Below are positions 19,548-29,320 of a DNA stretch of 64,000 nucleotides, piece after piece. Position numbers and translations under genes: made by a program. The notes beneath the pieces were generated by a model, which made no database searches, was not told the origin of the DNA, and was given only the letters and a program-made list of their open reading frames with translations. Location: assembly GCA_965205945.1 (NCBI GenBank), contig CBDBIB010000003.1, forward strand, positions 320,001 through 384,000, read 5' to 3'. How positions within the stretch are numbered: position 1 is the stretch's first letter; the number at the start of each line of letters is the position of its first letter. The DNA comes from Bdellovibrionales bacterium (GTDB lineage Bacteria; Bdellovibrionota; Bdellovibrionia; Bdellovibrionales; UBA1609).

Positions 19548-20528
19548 ATGGACAAATCATCTAAAAATTTAAAAAATATGGACTCTCTACGTGCTAAATT
19601 ACCGTCTGGAAAATCTGATTTACGAAAACCTGATTGGATTAAAATACGTCCACCGTCAGGTAAAAAGTATTCGAAACTAAAAACAATGTTTAAAGAGCTT
19701 AATCTTGCAACAGTTTGTCAAGAGGCTCAGTGTCCAAATATTGGTGAATGCTGGATGGGTGGAACTGCAACTATTATGATCATGGGTGATACATGCACCA
19801 GAGGTTGTCGTTTTTGTGATGTTAAAACTGCAAAAGCTCCAGCAGCATTAGATCCTGATGAGCCTAGAAAGGTTAGTTATGCGGTTTCTCAAATGGGGCT
19901 AGATTATTTAGTCATAACAAGTGTTGATCGTGATGATGTTAAAGATCAGGGAGCGGCTCATTTTGCTGAAACAATTTCTTTACTTCGTTTTATGGATAAG
20001 AATTTAACAGTTGAGGTTTTAACTCCTGATTTTAGTGGTGATGTTGAGCTGATCAAACAGCTTGTTGATGCTAAACCACATGTGTTTGCGCATAATATTG
20101 AAACTGTTGAAGATCTATCTTTAATGGTGAGAGATCCAAGGGCTGATTATAGACAAAGTCTAAGGGTTTTAAAAACGGTAAAAGATTTAAATTCACAAAT
20201 TTTTACAAAATCTTCAATTATGCTTGGACTTGGTGAAACTGATAAACAGGTTATGCAAGCATTAAAGGATTTGCGTGAAGTAGGTTGTGATGTTTTGACT
20301 TTTGGTCAATACTTACAGCCTAGGAAGAGGCATTTACAGGTTCATGAATTTATAACTCCTGAAAAATTTGAATACTGGAAACAAGTATCAGAAGGTATTG
20401 GATTTTTATATGTTGCCAGTGGTCCGTTAGTTCGGAGCTCTTATAAGGCAGGAGAGTTTTTCATGAAAGGTATGATTAAAAAAAGAAAGTTAGAAAGCAC
20501 TATGAAGACAAAATTAATTAATTATTAA
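19548..20528 (+). CDS. lipA: lipoyl synthase
   Basis: CQEAQCPNIGEC, CTRGCRFC (radical SAM), VRSSY. Confidence 0.97.
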   Translation: MDKSSKNLKNMDSLRAKLPSGKSDLRKPDWIKIRPPSGKKYSKLKTMFKELNLATVCQEAQCPNIGECWMGGTATIMIMGDTCTRGCRFCDVKTAKAPAALDPDEPRKVSYAVSQMGLDYLVITSVDRDDVKDQGAAHFAETISLLRFMDKNLTVEVLTPDFSGDVELIKQLVDAKPHVFAHNIETVEDLSLMVRDPRADYRQSLRVLKTVKDLNSQIFTKSSIMLGLGETDKQVMQALKDLREVGCDVLTFGQYLQPRKRHLQVHEFITPEKFEYWKQVSEGIGFLYVASGPLVRSSYKAGEFFMKGMIKKRKLESTMKTKLINY

Positions 20529-20550
20529 ATATTTAAAAGGAGAAAAGGGA

Positions 20551-21801
20551 ATGACTACAAAGCTTGCATTACCAGATATTGGAGAGGGTGTAACTGAGGG
20601 AGAAATGATTACATGGTTGGTTAAAGAGGGTGACCCTGTTAAGGCGGATCAGCCTGTTGTAGAAGTTATGACAGATAAAGCAACTGTTGAAGTTCCAGCT
20701 CCAGATGCCGGGGTCATTACAAAATTAGTGGCCAAAGAAGGTGATATTATTCCTATTGGTGGAACTCTTTTAGAAATAAAACTTGATGCTAGCACTAGAA
20801 CAACTCCAGGAGAAAAAGTTAAAGATGAATCAGTTGTAACTCAAGTTCCAATGATGAGTACAGCGCCATCAAGTGAAGTGGCAATCATACCTCCGGTTGC
20901 AGAGTCCTTTGTTTTAGCATCTCCTTCCACAAGGAGATTTGCTAGAGAAGTGAATGTTGATATTAACCAAATTTTAGGAACAGGCCTTGCCGGTCGAGTA
21001 ACAAGACAGGATGTTTTAGGTGCAACAGGCGGTGTGGGCGAAACTTTAGTAAGCCCTGCAGCAGTAAACTTTCCCGCTAGAGATTTTAAAACTAAAATGG
21101 ATGAAAGAGTGCCCTTTAAAGGGATTAGAAAAAAGATTGCTGAAAATCTTCAAATGGCAAAAAAAATTATTCCACATTTTACAATTATGGATGAGGCTAA
21201 TGTTACTCAACTTGTTAAGCTTAAAGAGCAAGCTAAAAAAGCTGGAGAAAAGTATGGAGTTAAAGTTACTTATCTTCCTTTTGTTATAAAAGCTTTAGTG
21301 GCAACTTTACACGAATATCCAATGTTTAATGCTTCAATTGATGATGAAGCAGGTGAAATTGTTTATAAAAAAACTTTTAATATTGGTTTTGCCGCAGATA
21401 CGCCAAATGGCCTAATAGTTCCTGTGATTAAAAGCGCAGATCAAAAATCTATTTTAGAATTAAGTGCTCAGATCACAGATCTTTCAATAAGAGCAAGAGC
21501 TGGAAAACTTAATCTTGACGAAATAAGAGGTGCTACAATTACAATTACAAATATTGGTTCTATTGGTGGAACATATGCAACTCCAATTATAAATCATCCA
21601 GAAGTAGCAATTATCGGTATGTATAAAATAACTAAAAAACCAGTATTTGTTGCTAATGAAAAATTTAAAATAGCAAGTGTAATGAACTACACAGTTACTG
21701 CAGATCATAGATTAATCGATGGTGCTGTTGCTGCAAATTTTTTAAAAACCCTGTTTGAAAAATTAGAAAATCCTGCGGCTCTTATGATAGGAATGGTTTA
21801 A
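20551..21801 (+). CDS. pdhC: 2-oxoacid dehydrogenase E2, dihydrolipoamide acyltransferase (pyruvate or branched-chain specificity unresolved)
   Basis: Lipoyl domain TDKA, E3-binding ASPSTRRFAR, catalytic DHRLIDG. Confidence 0.88.
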   Translation: MTTKLALPDIGEGVTEGEMITWLVKEGDPVKADQPVVEVMTDKATVEVPAPDAGVITKLVAKEGDIIPIGGTLLEIKLDASTRTTPGEKVKDESVVTQVPMMSTAPSSEVAIIPPVAESFVLASPSTRRFAREVNVDINQILGTGLAGRVTRQDVLGATGGVGETLVSPAAVNFPARDFKTKMDERVPFKGIRKKIAENLQMAKKIIPHFTIMDEANVTQLVKLKEQAKKAGEKYGVKVTYLPFVIKALVATLHEYPMFNASIDDEAGEIVYKKTFNIGFAADTPNGLIVPVIKSADQKSILELSAQITDLSIRARAGKLNLDEIRGATITITNIGSIGGTYATPIINHPEVAIIGMYKITKKPVFVANEKFKIASVMNYTVTADHRLIDGAVAANFLKTLFEKLENPAALMIGMV

Positions 21802-21802
21802 T

Positions 21803-23215
21803 ATGAGTTATGATGTTTGTGTAATCGGTGCTGGACCTGGTGGATATGTTGCTGCAATTAGAGCAGGGCAATTGGGCTTAAAGACTGTTATTGTTGAAAG
21901 AAAATATATGGGCGGAGTGTGTTTAAACGTTGGGTGTATTCCATCAAAGGCCATGATTTCTGCTGCGAAATTTTTTGATAAGATTCAAAATAATACAGCT
22001 CCCATGGGTATTAATATTGGCTCTGTGACTGTGGACATGGCAAAGCTAAGGAGTTGGAAAGAATCTGTTAGTGCTAAAATGGCGAGTGGCGTAGAGCAGC
22101 TTTTAAAGGCAAATAAGGTTGAAATTATTAAAGGAGAAGCTTTTTTTCTAGATTCAAAAACTTTAAAGGTTAATGATACAACAATTAAAGCAAAAAACTT
22201 TATTGTGGCAACAGGTAGTCGCCCCATACAACTTCCAGCATTTAAGTATGATGAAACATTTGTTATGAGTTCAACAGGTGTTTTAAACCTTAATAAACTT
22301 CCAAAGAAAATTATTGTAATTGGCGGCGGCTATATTGGTTTAGAAATTAGTTTTTATCTTAAAAAATTAGGAACACAAGTTGTTGTTCTTGAGGCAGGAA
22401 ATAAACTTATTTCTGGAATGTGTGATGAAGATGTTCACAAAGTTTTAGAAAAATCTGTTAAGAAAACAGGTATTCAAGTTTATTACAAAACGCTTGCAAA
22501 AAGTTGGAAAAAATCAGGAAAAGGTGTAGTTGTTTTAGCAAAAGTTAATGGTGAGACTAAAGAGTTTGAGGCAGATAAAATTTTAGTGACTGTTGGGAGA
22601 AAACCAAATTCTGATCAAACAAATTTACAAAATCTAGGCTTAAATATTAGCAAGAAGGGTTTTTTAAAAGTTGATGCGCAGATGAGAACAAATGTTTCAG
22701 GCATTTGGTCTATTGGTGATATTGCTGGAGAGCCTATGTTGGCTCATAAAGCTAGTCACGAGGGCGCTTTAGTAGCAGAAGTGATTTCTGGTGAAAATAG
22801 AGTTTATGATGCAAAAACAGTTCCTGCAGTTATTTTTACACACCCTGAGATTGCATCTGTTGGGATTACTGAAGAAGAAGCTCAAGGTAAGGATTATGTT
22901 GTTGGTAAATTCCCATTTAGTGCCAATGGAAAAGCTGTATCGCTTCAAGAAACAGATGGTTTTGTAAAGATGATTGCAAATTCAAAAACCCATGTTCTAT
23001 TAGGTATTCACATTATTGGACCTGAGGCTAGTAACCTTATAAGTGAAGCCGCTCTTGCAATGGAGATGGGAGCAACACTTAAAGATTTAGCCTTAACAAT
23101 TCATCCACATCCAACTTTAGGTGAAACTATGATGGAGTGTGCTCATGTAGCTTTAGGTCATGGGGTTCATATAATGCCACAAAAGTTAAAAAGAAATCCT
23201 AAAATCGATGCTTAA
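21803..23215 (+). CDS. lpdA: dihydrolipoyl dehydrogenase (E3)
   Basis: GAGPGG, GGVCLNVGCIPSK, HPHPTLGE. Confidence 0.97.
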   Translation: MSYDVCVIGAGPGGYVAAIRAGQLGLKTVIVERKYMGGVCLNVGCIPSKAMISAAKFFDKIQNNTAPMGINIGSVTVDMAKLRSWKESVSAKMASGVEQLLKANKVEIIKGEAFFLDSKTLKVNDTTIKAKNFIVATGSRPIQLPAFKYDETFVMSSTGVLNLNKLPKKIIVIGGGYIGLEISFYLKKLGTQVVVLEAGNKLISGMCDEDVHKVLEKSVKKTGIQVYYKTLAKSWKKSGKGVVVLAKVNGETKEFEADKILVTVGRKPNSDQTNLQNLGLNISKKGFLKVDAQMRTNVSGIWSIGDIAGEPMLAHKASHEGALVAEVISGENRVYDAKTVPAVIFTHPEIASVGITEEEAQGKDYVVGKFPFSANGKAVSLQETDGFVKMIANSKTHVLLGIHIIGPEASNLISEAALAMEMGATLKDLALTIHPHPTLGETMMECAHVALGHGVHIMPQKLKRNPKIDA

Positions 23216-23221
23216 AATTGT

Positions 23222-23875
23222 ATGTTAAAAGAATTTAAAATCATAGATTTAAATCTTATAGATTACAATGAGGCTTTCTTGTACCAAGAAGATCTTTTAA
23301 AAAAAAGGCAAAACAGTTTAATTAAAGATACTATTATTTTTTGCAGGCATCCATCCATAGTTACATTAGGAAGAGCTTCAAGAAAAGAAGACGTGCAGGG
23401 GTGGTCTGGAGCTATGACTTTGGTTAATCGAGGTGGCAGGGCTACATACCATGGTCCTGAGCAAATAGTGGTGTATCCTATTGTGAGTTTAAAGAAAAAC
23501 CCTAATATAAGGGTGAGGTCTGAAGATATTAGGCAGTATTTAAGGAGCTTAGAGGATGTAATTGTTCAAACACTTTTATCATTTGATTTAGAGGCGAGAG
23601 TTAAAAGTGATAAGCCTCTTAAGTTAGGACAGTTAAATAGAGGAATTTGGATTAAAGGAAAAAAAATTGCTTCTTTAGGTATTGCTGTAAAAAAATGGGT
23701 GACTATGCATGGGGTGGCCTTAAATTTAAAAAAAGATATAGATGCTTTTAAAGGTATTTTAGCATGTGGTTTTGATTCACAAACATATACTTCTTTAGAA
23801 GAAGTAGGTTTAAGAGTATCATATGATGAGTGTAGAGATAGAATAATTGAAAAATTAAGGGGTGATTTTTCCTAG
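23222..23875 (+). CDS. lipB: octanoyl transferase LipB
   Basis: RGGRATYHGPEQ, KIASLG, HGVALN, ACG. Confidence 0.95.
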   Translation: MLKEFKIIDLNLIDYNEAFLYQEDLLKKRQNSLIKDTIIFCRHPSIVTLGRASRKEDVQGWSGAMTLVNRGGRATYHGPEQIVVYPIVSLKKNPNIRVRSEDIRQYLRSLEDVIVQTLLSFDLEARVKSDKPLKLGQLNRGIWIKGKKIASLGIAVKKWVTMHGVALNLKKDIDAFKGILACGFDSQTYTSLEEVGLRVSYDECRDRIIEKLRGDFS

Positions 23876-24517
23876 CCAAAACCCTTGATCAGTATTCTCT
23901 TTAGCAAAAGCATTGGCAATGGTTTTAAGAGGACTTGGGTAAATGCTGATTAAAGAATCAGGTTGATCATTAGATTTTAAAAGTAAAACTTCTGAATCTT
24001 TGCTTAAATTGGTTTGTTGAATTTTAAGATTAATACTAGATTCAACGCCAAGTATAGCAGAGGGAATATATGGTGCTAAAGTTTTATTATCTGGTAAAAA
24101 TGAGTAATCAGAACAAATAGGAATTGTCTTTTTGTTTCTATAAAGTAAAATTAGAGGCCAACCGATTTGAGAAAAATAAATAGTTTCATTGACATTAAAT
24201 GCACAAAAAAAGTCACAACCTAGATTTAGGGTTTTATTATTAAAATTTGAATAAATATAATCATTTAAAAACTGCAAACAAGTATAGAGTAGATTTTCTT
24301 CACTGTTAAAGCATGTAAGTTTTGGGTAAAAAGATGTTGAATCTGAATCAAAGGATTTATTTTCAAACTCATTCATAAACTCAGAAAGACACTGATCAAG
24401 ATCAGAGCTGTTGCCATATGGAGTAGCTACAACAATTAAGTTCTTAGAGAGGTTTTGTCTTAAGATAGGTGGGGTGAATACAAAACTTCCTCGATACCCA
24501 AAGGATTCAATTTGCAT
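23855..24517 (-). CDS. PP2C-fold-like protein lacking catalytic motifs (start reassigned to ATG at 24517)
   Basis: Spacing IVVATPYG...NDYIY...GC...YFSQIG..ILLYR...SDYS...ILG mirrors PP2C. ATG lies 2 nt after the upstream stop, with GGGAG before it. Confidence 0.55.
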   Translation of the reverse strand: MQIESFGYRGSFVFTPPILRQNLSKNLIVVATPYGNSSDLDQCLSEFMNEFENKSFDSDSTSFYPKLTCFNSEENLLYTCLQFLNDYIYSNFNNKTLNLGCDFFCAFNVNETIYFSQIGWPLILLYRNKKTIPICSDYSFLPDNKTLAPYIPSAILGVESSINLKIQQTNLSKDSEVLLLKSNDQPDSLISIYPSPLKTIANAFAKENTDQGFWLGKITP

Positions 24518-24518
24518 A

Positions 24519-26510
24519 CTATACTCCCTCTTGGTAATATCGTAGTTTAAGTTTAGCTTTTTGGTAATAATCAGAGCCTTTAACGCCTTGAGTAATAATT
24601 TTTTTCCATAAGCTTTTAGCTTCATTAATTTCCCCAAAGTCTTCAAGAATAATACTTTCTTGATAATATTTTCTTAATATTATTTTTAATTTTTTTGAGG
24701 CATTTTCTTTAATTTTTAAAAGTTCTACATGATTACGATTTACATCAAGGCCTTTTTGAGCAGCAAGTATAGTTTGTTTATAATCGTCATCTGATAGATA
24801 TTTATTAGAATTTTTTATTGATAGAGCTAAAGCTTTATTAATTCTTGTATTGATGGATGCAATGTTTCGACGAGCTTTCTTTTTTAAAAGTTTTGGATCT
24901 GGATATGTGCTATTAATATACTTCTTATAGGTTTTTAAAGCTCGTTTCCAATCTCCATAGCGATCATAATTCTTAGCTTTATTGTATAAAGCCTGGCCAT
25001 TAGCAATTTTTTTTCTGTGCTCTTGAGCAGCTATTTTTTCTTGTTCTTTTTTAAGGTCAACTGCTTCAGCAATATCTAAAAGCATAGAAGCTTTTTCATT
25101 AGAAGGGTCTAAGCTAAAAGTTTCATTAATGCAGGGTTTTAATATAGCAGAGCCTTCTTGGGCTTTAGGGGCACAAAATTTTATAATTTCATTTACTTTA
25201 TTTTCTAATACAAGTTTTTTTTCTTTTTGAATGTTAAGATCATGCTTTCTTTGTAAGCGTTCTTTTTCAATATCACATTGGTTTTTAAGCTCTGCGGCAC
25301 CGTTTATTTGTTCGATTGGAATGTCGTATTTTGTGAGTTCATTAATTTCAAAAATACAGCGTTCAAAATGAGATTCATTGTAAAAACGAAGGGCAAGATT
25401 AAATTTATCAATAGCAGCATTTAGACGCTCTTTTGCTAAACGTTTTTCTTCCTGTATAGAAGCCAGCTCAACAGCATCTATTTTAGAAGAATTATTTTGA
25501 AAAAAATAAAGCACTCCAAAGGAAATTATAACTGAAAAAAGTAAGGGCTTTAAATATTTTATTTTTATTTTTTTCTTAGCAATTATAGAGGGATGATTGT
25601 CTTCTGGAAGTTTTAAAAATTCATCATGAATAGTTAATGCGTTTTTATTTAAATTTTGAATTTCGTTTGTATTGTCAGCAGGATCATCAGATTTAAGTTG
25701 TTCTATTAAGGCTACATTTTTTATTTTATCTTTGAATAAATGATCTTTTATTTCAAAAATAAATCTAAAATTAGCAATTTCAATATAATCTCCAGATTTT
25801 AATTCAATCTCTTGATTAGCAGGGAGCTGTTGTTTATTTAAGAATGTTCCATTGGATGAACCAAGATCTTTGACAAGAAATTTAGATTGATTGTTTATAA
25901 TGGTAAAATGTTTGCGACTTGTTTTTTTTGATTTTACAGTATAGTGACAGTTTTGATCTCGTCCAAAATCCCAAGTGGTTCCTTCAAGAGTGATTTCTTG
26001 AAGAAATCGAGTCTCTTTAAATATTTTTAAAGAGTACTCTAAGGTGGGAGTTGTTGCAGTTTTTGTTTTCTCATCTTGATCAAATTCTGTAGAAGCTAAA
26101 TCCTTTTTTTGTTCGGTGATAGCTAGAGAAATCTCTTTATGCTCTATGTCGGTGTTGCTAGATTTCTCATTATGAGGACTAGATATTGGTTCTTCTTTAA
26201 GGTTTTCTTTTTTAGGCAGCTCTAGAATAAAATCATAAGGAGGAACATTTATAGTGTGTGTGCCATTATCAAAGCAAATTTCTTTTATAGTGTTTCCTTG
26301 GTGGATGAGTTTTCCCGCACTAGAAATAGCTGCTATTACAACAGAGAAATCATCTTGGATAGTTATTTTAAAATGAGCTCTTGAAATACCAGGGTGTCTA
26401 GATAAAATAATATCACAATGACTACCACGGCCAATAGTAAGCTCTGTTGCTTTTGAATAAGAACCTTCAAAAAATATATCAGAGTTTTCGAATACTTTAA
26501 GTGTAATCAT
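24519..26510 (-). CDS. double-FHA, single-TM, periplasmic TPR-like protein
   Basis: IGRGSHCD..ISRAH and FGRDQNC..SRKH..DLGSSNGTFLN, one TM, helical C-terminus. Confidence 0.85.
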   Translation of the reverse strand: MITLKVFENSDIFFEGSYSKATELTIGRGSHCDIILSRHPGISRAHFKITIQDDFSVVIAAISSAGKLIHQGNTIKEICFDNGTHTINVPPYDFILELPKKENLKEEPISSPHNEKSSNTDIEHKEISLAITEQKKDLASTEFDQDEKTKTATTPTLEYSLKIFKETRFLQEITLEGTTWDFGRDQNCHYTVKSKKTSRKHFTIINNQSKFLVKDLGSSNGTFLNKQQLPANQEIELKSGDYIEIANFRFIFEIKDHLFKDKIKNVALIEQLKSDDPADNTNEIQNLNKNALTIHDEFLKLPEDNHPSIIAKKKIKIKYLKPLLFSVIISFGVLYFFQNNSSKIDAVELASIQEEKRLAKERLNAAIDKFNLALRFYNESHFERCIFEINELTKYDIPIEQINGAAELKNQCDIEKERLQRKHDLNIQKEKKLVLENKVNEIIKFCAPKAQEGSAILKPCINETFSLDPSNEKASMLLDIAEAVDLKKEQEKIAAQEHRKKIANGQALYNKAKNYDRYGDWKRALKTYKKYINSTYPDPKLLKKKARRNIASINTRINKALALSIKNSNKYLSDDDYKQTILAAQKGLDVNRNHVELLKIKENASKKLKIILRKYYQESIILEDFGEINEAKSLWKKIITQGVKGSDYYQKAKLKLRYYQEGV

Positions 26511-27445
26511 TAATACTTACTCCGTTTTAAGAATTTACATTTTTTAAGAAATTGTCGAGCTTGAAGATACCGAGAATCAGTTTTATCATTTATTTGTGAT
26601 AAAACATTTTTAAAAGATGAAATACAAAAATCATTTTTTCCATTTTCCATATTTATAACTCCTTGACTCATATTAAAAGCGATAAGTTCTTCTAATCGAT
26701 TAGTGGCTAGCTCGCTATATCTACGAGCTAATTGGTGTGATGGGTAAATAGATAAGCAGGTATCAAAAGAAGATAGTGATTGTGCATAAAGACCTTTTTG
26801 AAAATCTCTAAATCCTTTAATATAGAAAGAATGTGCTGATTTATATTCTTGGGTGTTGTGTCCAGAAGATTTAAGTTCTTTAATAAGTTCATCTATTTCA
26901 TTTTTATTTTTCTCAACATCCTTTAATATTTTTTCAGTAGTTGTTATTTCTCTTAAAGCTTTTTTTTCTTTTTTAAAAGGATCTAAGATGAACATATAAA
27001 GGCCGAGGGCAATAAGAAGTGTTGTTGCTGTATAAAAAATATTTGTAGTGCTTTTTGTTATTTTAAAGGCGACATTTTTGGTTGGATTTTGCGTATTTTT
27101 AAGAAAAACTTTTTTTTGATTTTTTAAAACAACTATAAATTTAAATGTTTGGCTGCCAATTGTAAAAATATAGTTGTTTTTAAGTTGAGATTGGGGAGTG
27201 TTTTCATTATTTATTTTAATGAAGTTTGTTGAAGATAAATTTTGTATATAGTATTGCCCTTTATTTAAAATTAATCGAGCATGTCTACGGCTAAGTTTTG
27301 AATCTTCAGGAATAGAAATATGGTTAGTGTGGTCTCTTCCAATAAAAATTTCATTTGAACTTAATCTAAAAATAGTGCCCTTAAGTCGTCCTGTAATTAC
27401 TTTTACATAAAATTCATTTAAAGTGTGATGAACTAAATTTGACAT
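26510..27445 (-). CDS. FHA-TM-TPR protein
   Basis: IGRD...SRRHA...NLSSTN, one TM, TPR-like C-terminus. Confidence 0.85.
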   Translation of the reverse strand: MSNLVHHTLNEFYVKVITGRLKGTIFRLSSNEIFIGRDHTNHISIPEDSKLSRRHARLILNKGQYYIQNLSSTNFIKINNENTPQSQLKNNYIFTIGSQTFKFIVVLKNQKKVFLKNTQNPTKNVAFKITKSTTNIFYTATTLLIALGLYMFILDPFKKEKKALREITTTEKILKDVEKNKNEIDELIKELKSSGHNTQEYKSAHSFYIKGFRDFQKGLYAQSLSSFDTCLSIYPSHQLARRYSELATNRLEELIAFNMSQGVINMENGKNDFCISSFKNVLSQINDKTDSRYLQARQFLKKCKFLKRSKY

Positions 27446-28977
27446 TATTCAGGCTCCAATGGAAAAAATGAACAGACAAAGTAAGCTATATCATTTGTTC
27501 CGTGTATAGGGTGCATGCGAATTTCATAGGGAATTCCTCCAAACTCAAGAGAATCTAGTATTATTTCATCAGGGGAAATTTGTGATCTTTCTACTAGATC
27601 AAGTAAATTTTGTTTTAAAGCCTGATCTGTAAACTCAATAACACGAATTCCTTTTGTATCATATAATCCGGTAAGTTCTTCAAACATGGAGTTGTAATCA
27701 AGAACAGTATGAGTATCTTTAGAAATAACAATTGATGCCTGGTTAAACATTTCTACTAAATTTTGAATCTCCATAGAGCGATCGATTTCAATATTGACCG
27801 GTGTAGAGCTGCTGTTAGATTCATCGGATCGACTTAAAAGACTAGATGAAATAAGATAGAGTTCTTTTAAAGGGTTAAAGAGTATTGAGGTGTGGAGTTC
27901 TTTATGAATGTCTTGGTGGAGTGCAGCTTTTAAGTCTTTGATAATACTTATAAAAGGGTACTCAATAATTTTATAAAGAAAATAAAATATGACAAGACCA
28001 AATAATAAGGATAAAAATAGTGTTTGAATAAAAAGGCTTAGAGTTTTTTTATTTCCAAGAGATAAAGTTTGAGCATCATAAACTACAACGGTATAAAATC
28101 TAGTGAGTTCTGTGCTATCAGTGGTAGAGTAGAATTTAATAGGATGCATTGCTATAATAGTATTATTGCTTTCTTTAAATACATGAAAGGGGCGTTCTGT
28201 GATTTTTCTAGCTTTATGAATTAAAGGATTAGGTGGAAATTTTCCGGAAAATATAGAAGGGCTTATAATTTCACCGTTGTGTTGGCGTATAATATAGGCT
28301 TTTTTAACGCCAGGTTCTTGATACGCAAACGCAACAGAGGCTCCAGAAAAACTGCCGTTTTGTAAGGGTTTAACATTATTTAAGGCCAAAGTTTTTGCCA
28401 GAGAACTAGCGCGTCTTTTACTTTCAAGTTCAACAGTATCTTGAATAATACTCATGAGTGGAATTGTTGATAATAAGGCGGTTATAACAATGCAGGTAAA
28501 AAGTAAGAGACCTATAATCCACTTAAAGTCTATTTTCCCCGATAGAATTTGAAGAGGTGGCATTGCAGTCTTATCTAAGTATTTATTTGCTTTATATAAG
28601 AGTTTTTCTATGGGAGATTTGTACTTTAATTCTAAACTTTCATTTTCAGAATGAGCACTAACACTATCATCTTTTAAAAGAGCAGTGTCATTATTTTTCA
28701 CTAATTCTAAAATAGTATCGTATAAAGAAATTTTATCACCTATTTTAATTAAGGTAATTTCAATCTTTACGCCGTTTACAAAGGACCCGTTGGTAGAATT
28801 TAAATCTGTAAAAAGAACTCTGTCTTGATCTAAAATAATTTTAGCGTGTTTTTTTGAAATATTTTTATTTGGTATGGCAACTTCACATTGTGGAGACCTG
28901 CCAATGAAAGTTTCATTCTGTACTAAAGGATGCACCTGGCCGGCATCTGTGCCTGAGAGAACTTTAAGAGCGTACAT
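27445..28977 (-). CDS. FHA-domain membrane protein with two TMs and a PAS-like tail
   Basis: IGRS...ISKKHA...DLNSTNGSFVNG. Two hydrophobic segments flank a periplasmic domain. Confidence 0.82.
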   Translation of the reverse strand: MYALKVLSGTDAGQVHPLVQNETFIGRSPQCEVAIPNKNISKKHAKIILDQDRVLFTDLNSTNGSFVNGVKIEITLIKIGDKISLYDTILELVKNNDTALLKDDSVSAHSENESLELKYKSPIEKLLYKANKYLDKTAMPPLQILSGKIDFKWIIGLLLFTCIVITALLSTIPLMSIIQDTVELESKRRASSLAKTLALNNVKPLQNGSFSGASVAFAYQEPGVKKAYIIRQHNGEIISPSIFSGKFPPNPLIHKARKITERPFHVFKESNNTIIAMHPIKFYSTTDSTELTRFYTVVVYDAQTLSLGNKKTLSLFIQTLFLSLLFGLVIFYFLYKIIEYPFISIIKDLKAALHQDIHKELHTSILFNPLKELYLISSSLLSRSDESNSSSTPVNIEIDRSMEIQNLVEMFNQASIVISKDTHTVLDYNSMFEELTGLYDTKGIRVIEFTDQALKQNLLDLVERSQISPDEIILDSLEFGGIPYEIRMHPIHGTNDIAYFVCSFFPLEPE

Positions 28978-29317
28978 CTATAAGATCTCCTTTAGAAATT
29001 TTTTTGGAAATATTATTACTATAAAGTTCAATGCAATAATAGTTTTTAAATTGAAAGGGTTTAGTGCATCTCCAAGGTTTAAGGCTTTCAGTTATAGAGG
29101 TTACCACCATATTTTTATCTAAAAACACGACATCAATGGGAAATTGCATAAAGAATGTGTGCACAGAAGGGCACCCTTTAAAAAATATGGCAGTATCTTT
29201 ACCCAGAGTTGATTTTCCCATTAAACCTTTAAGTTTTGAGTAAAAAGACTCAGCAACTAAAATATTTTTAGCGATCTGAATATTTTTTGTAGAATTATAA
29301 AGATTTAAAGTTTGCAT
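28964..29317 (-). CDS. DUF192 family protein
   Basis: KGLMG, VHTFFMQFPIDVVFLD, IEL. Confidence 0.88.
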   Translation of the reverse strand: MQTLNLYNSTKNIQIAKNILVAESFYSKLKGLMGKSTLGKDTAIFFKGCPSVHTFFMQFPIDVVFLDKNMVVTSITESLKPWRCTKPFQFKNYYCIELYSNNISKKISKGDLIDVRS

Positions 29318-29320
29318 AAA

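Noticed and set aside
19548..23875. Missing E1 genes beside E2/E3 as an anomaly
   Set aside because: E1 subunits are often encoded elsewhere, and this cannot be judged from one window.
24518..24646. N-terminal extension of the 263-aa ORF
   Set aside because: It overlaps the upstream FHA gene on the same strand. ATG at 24517 with an RBS is the better start.
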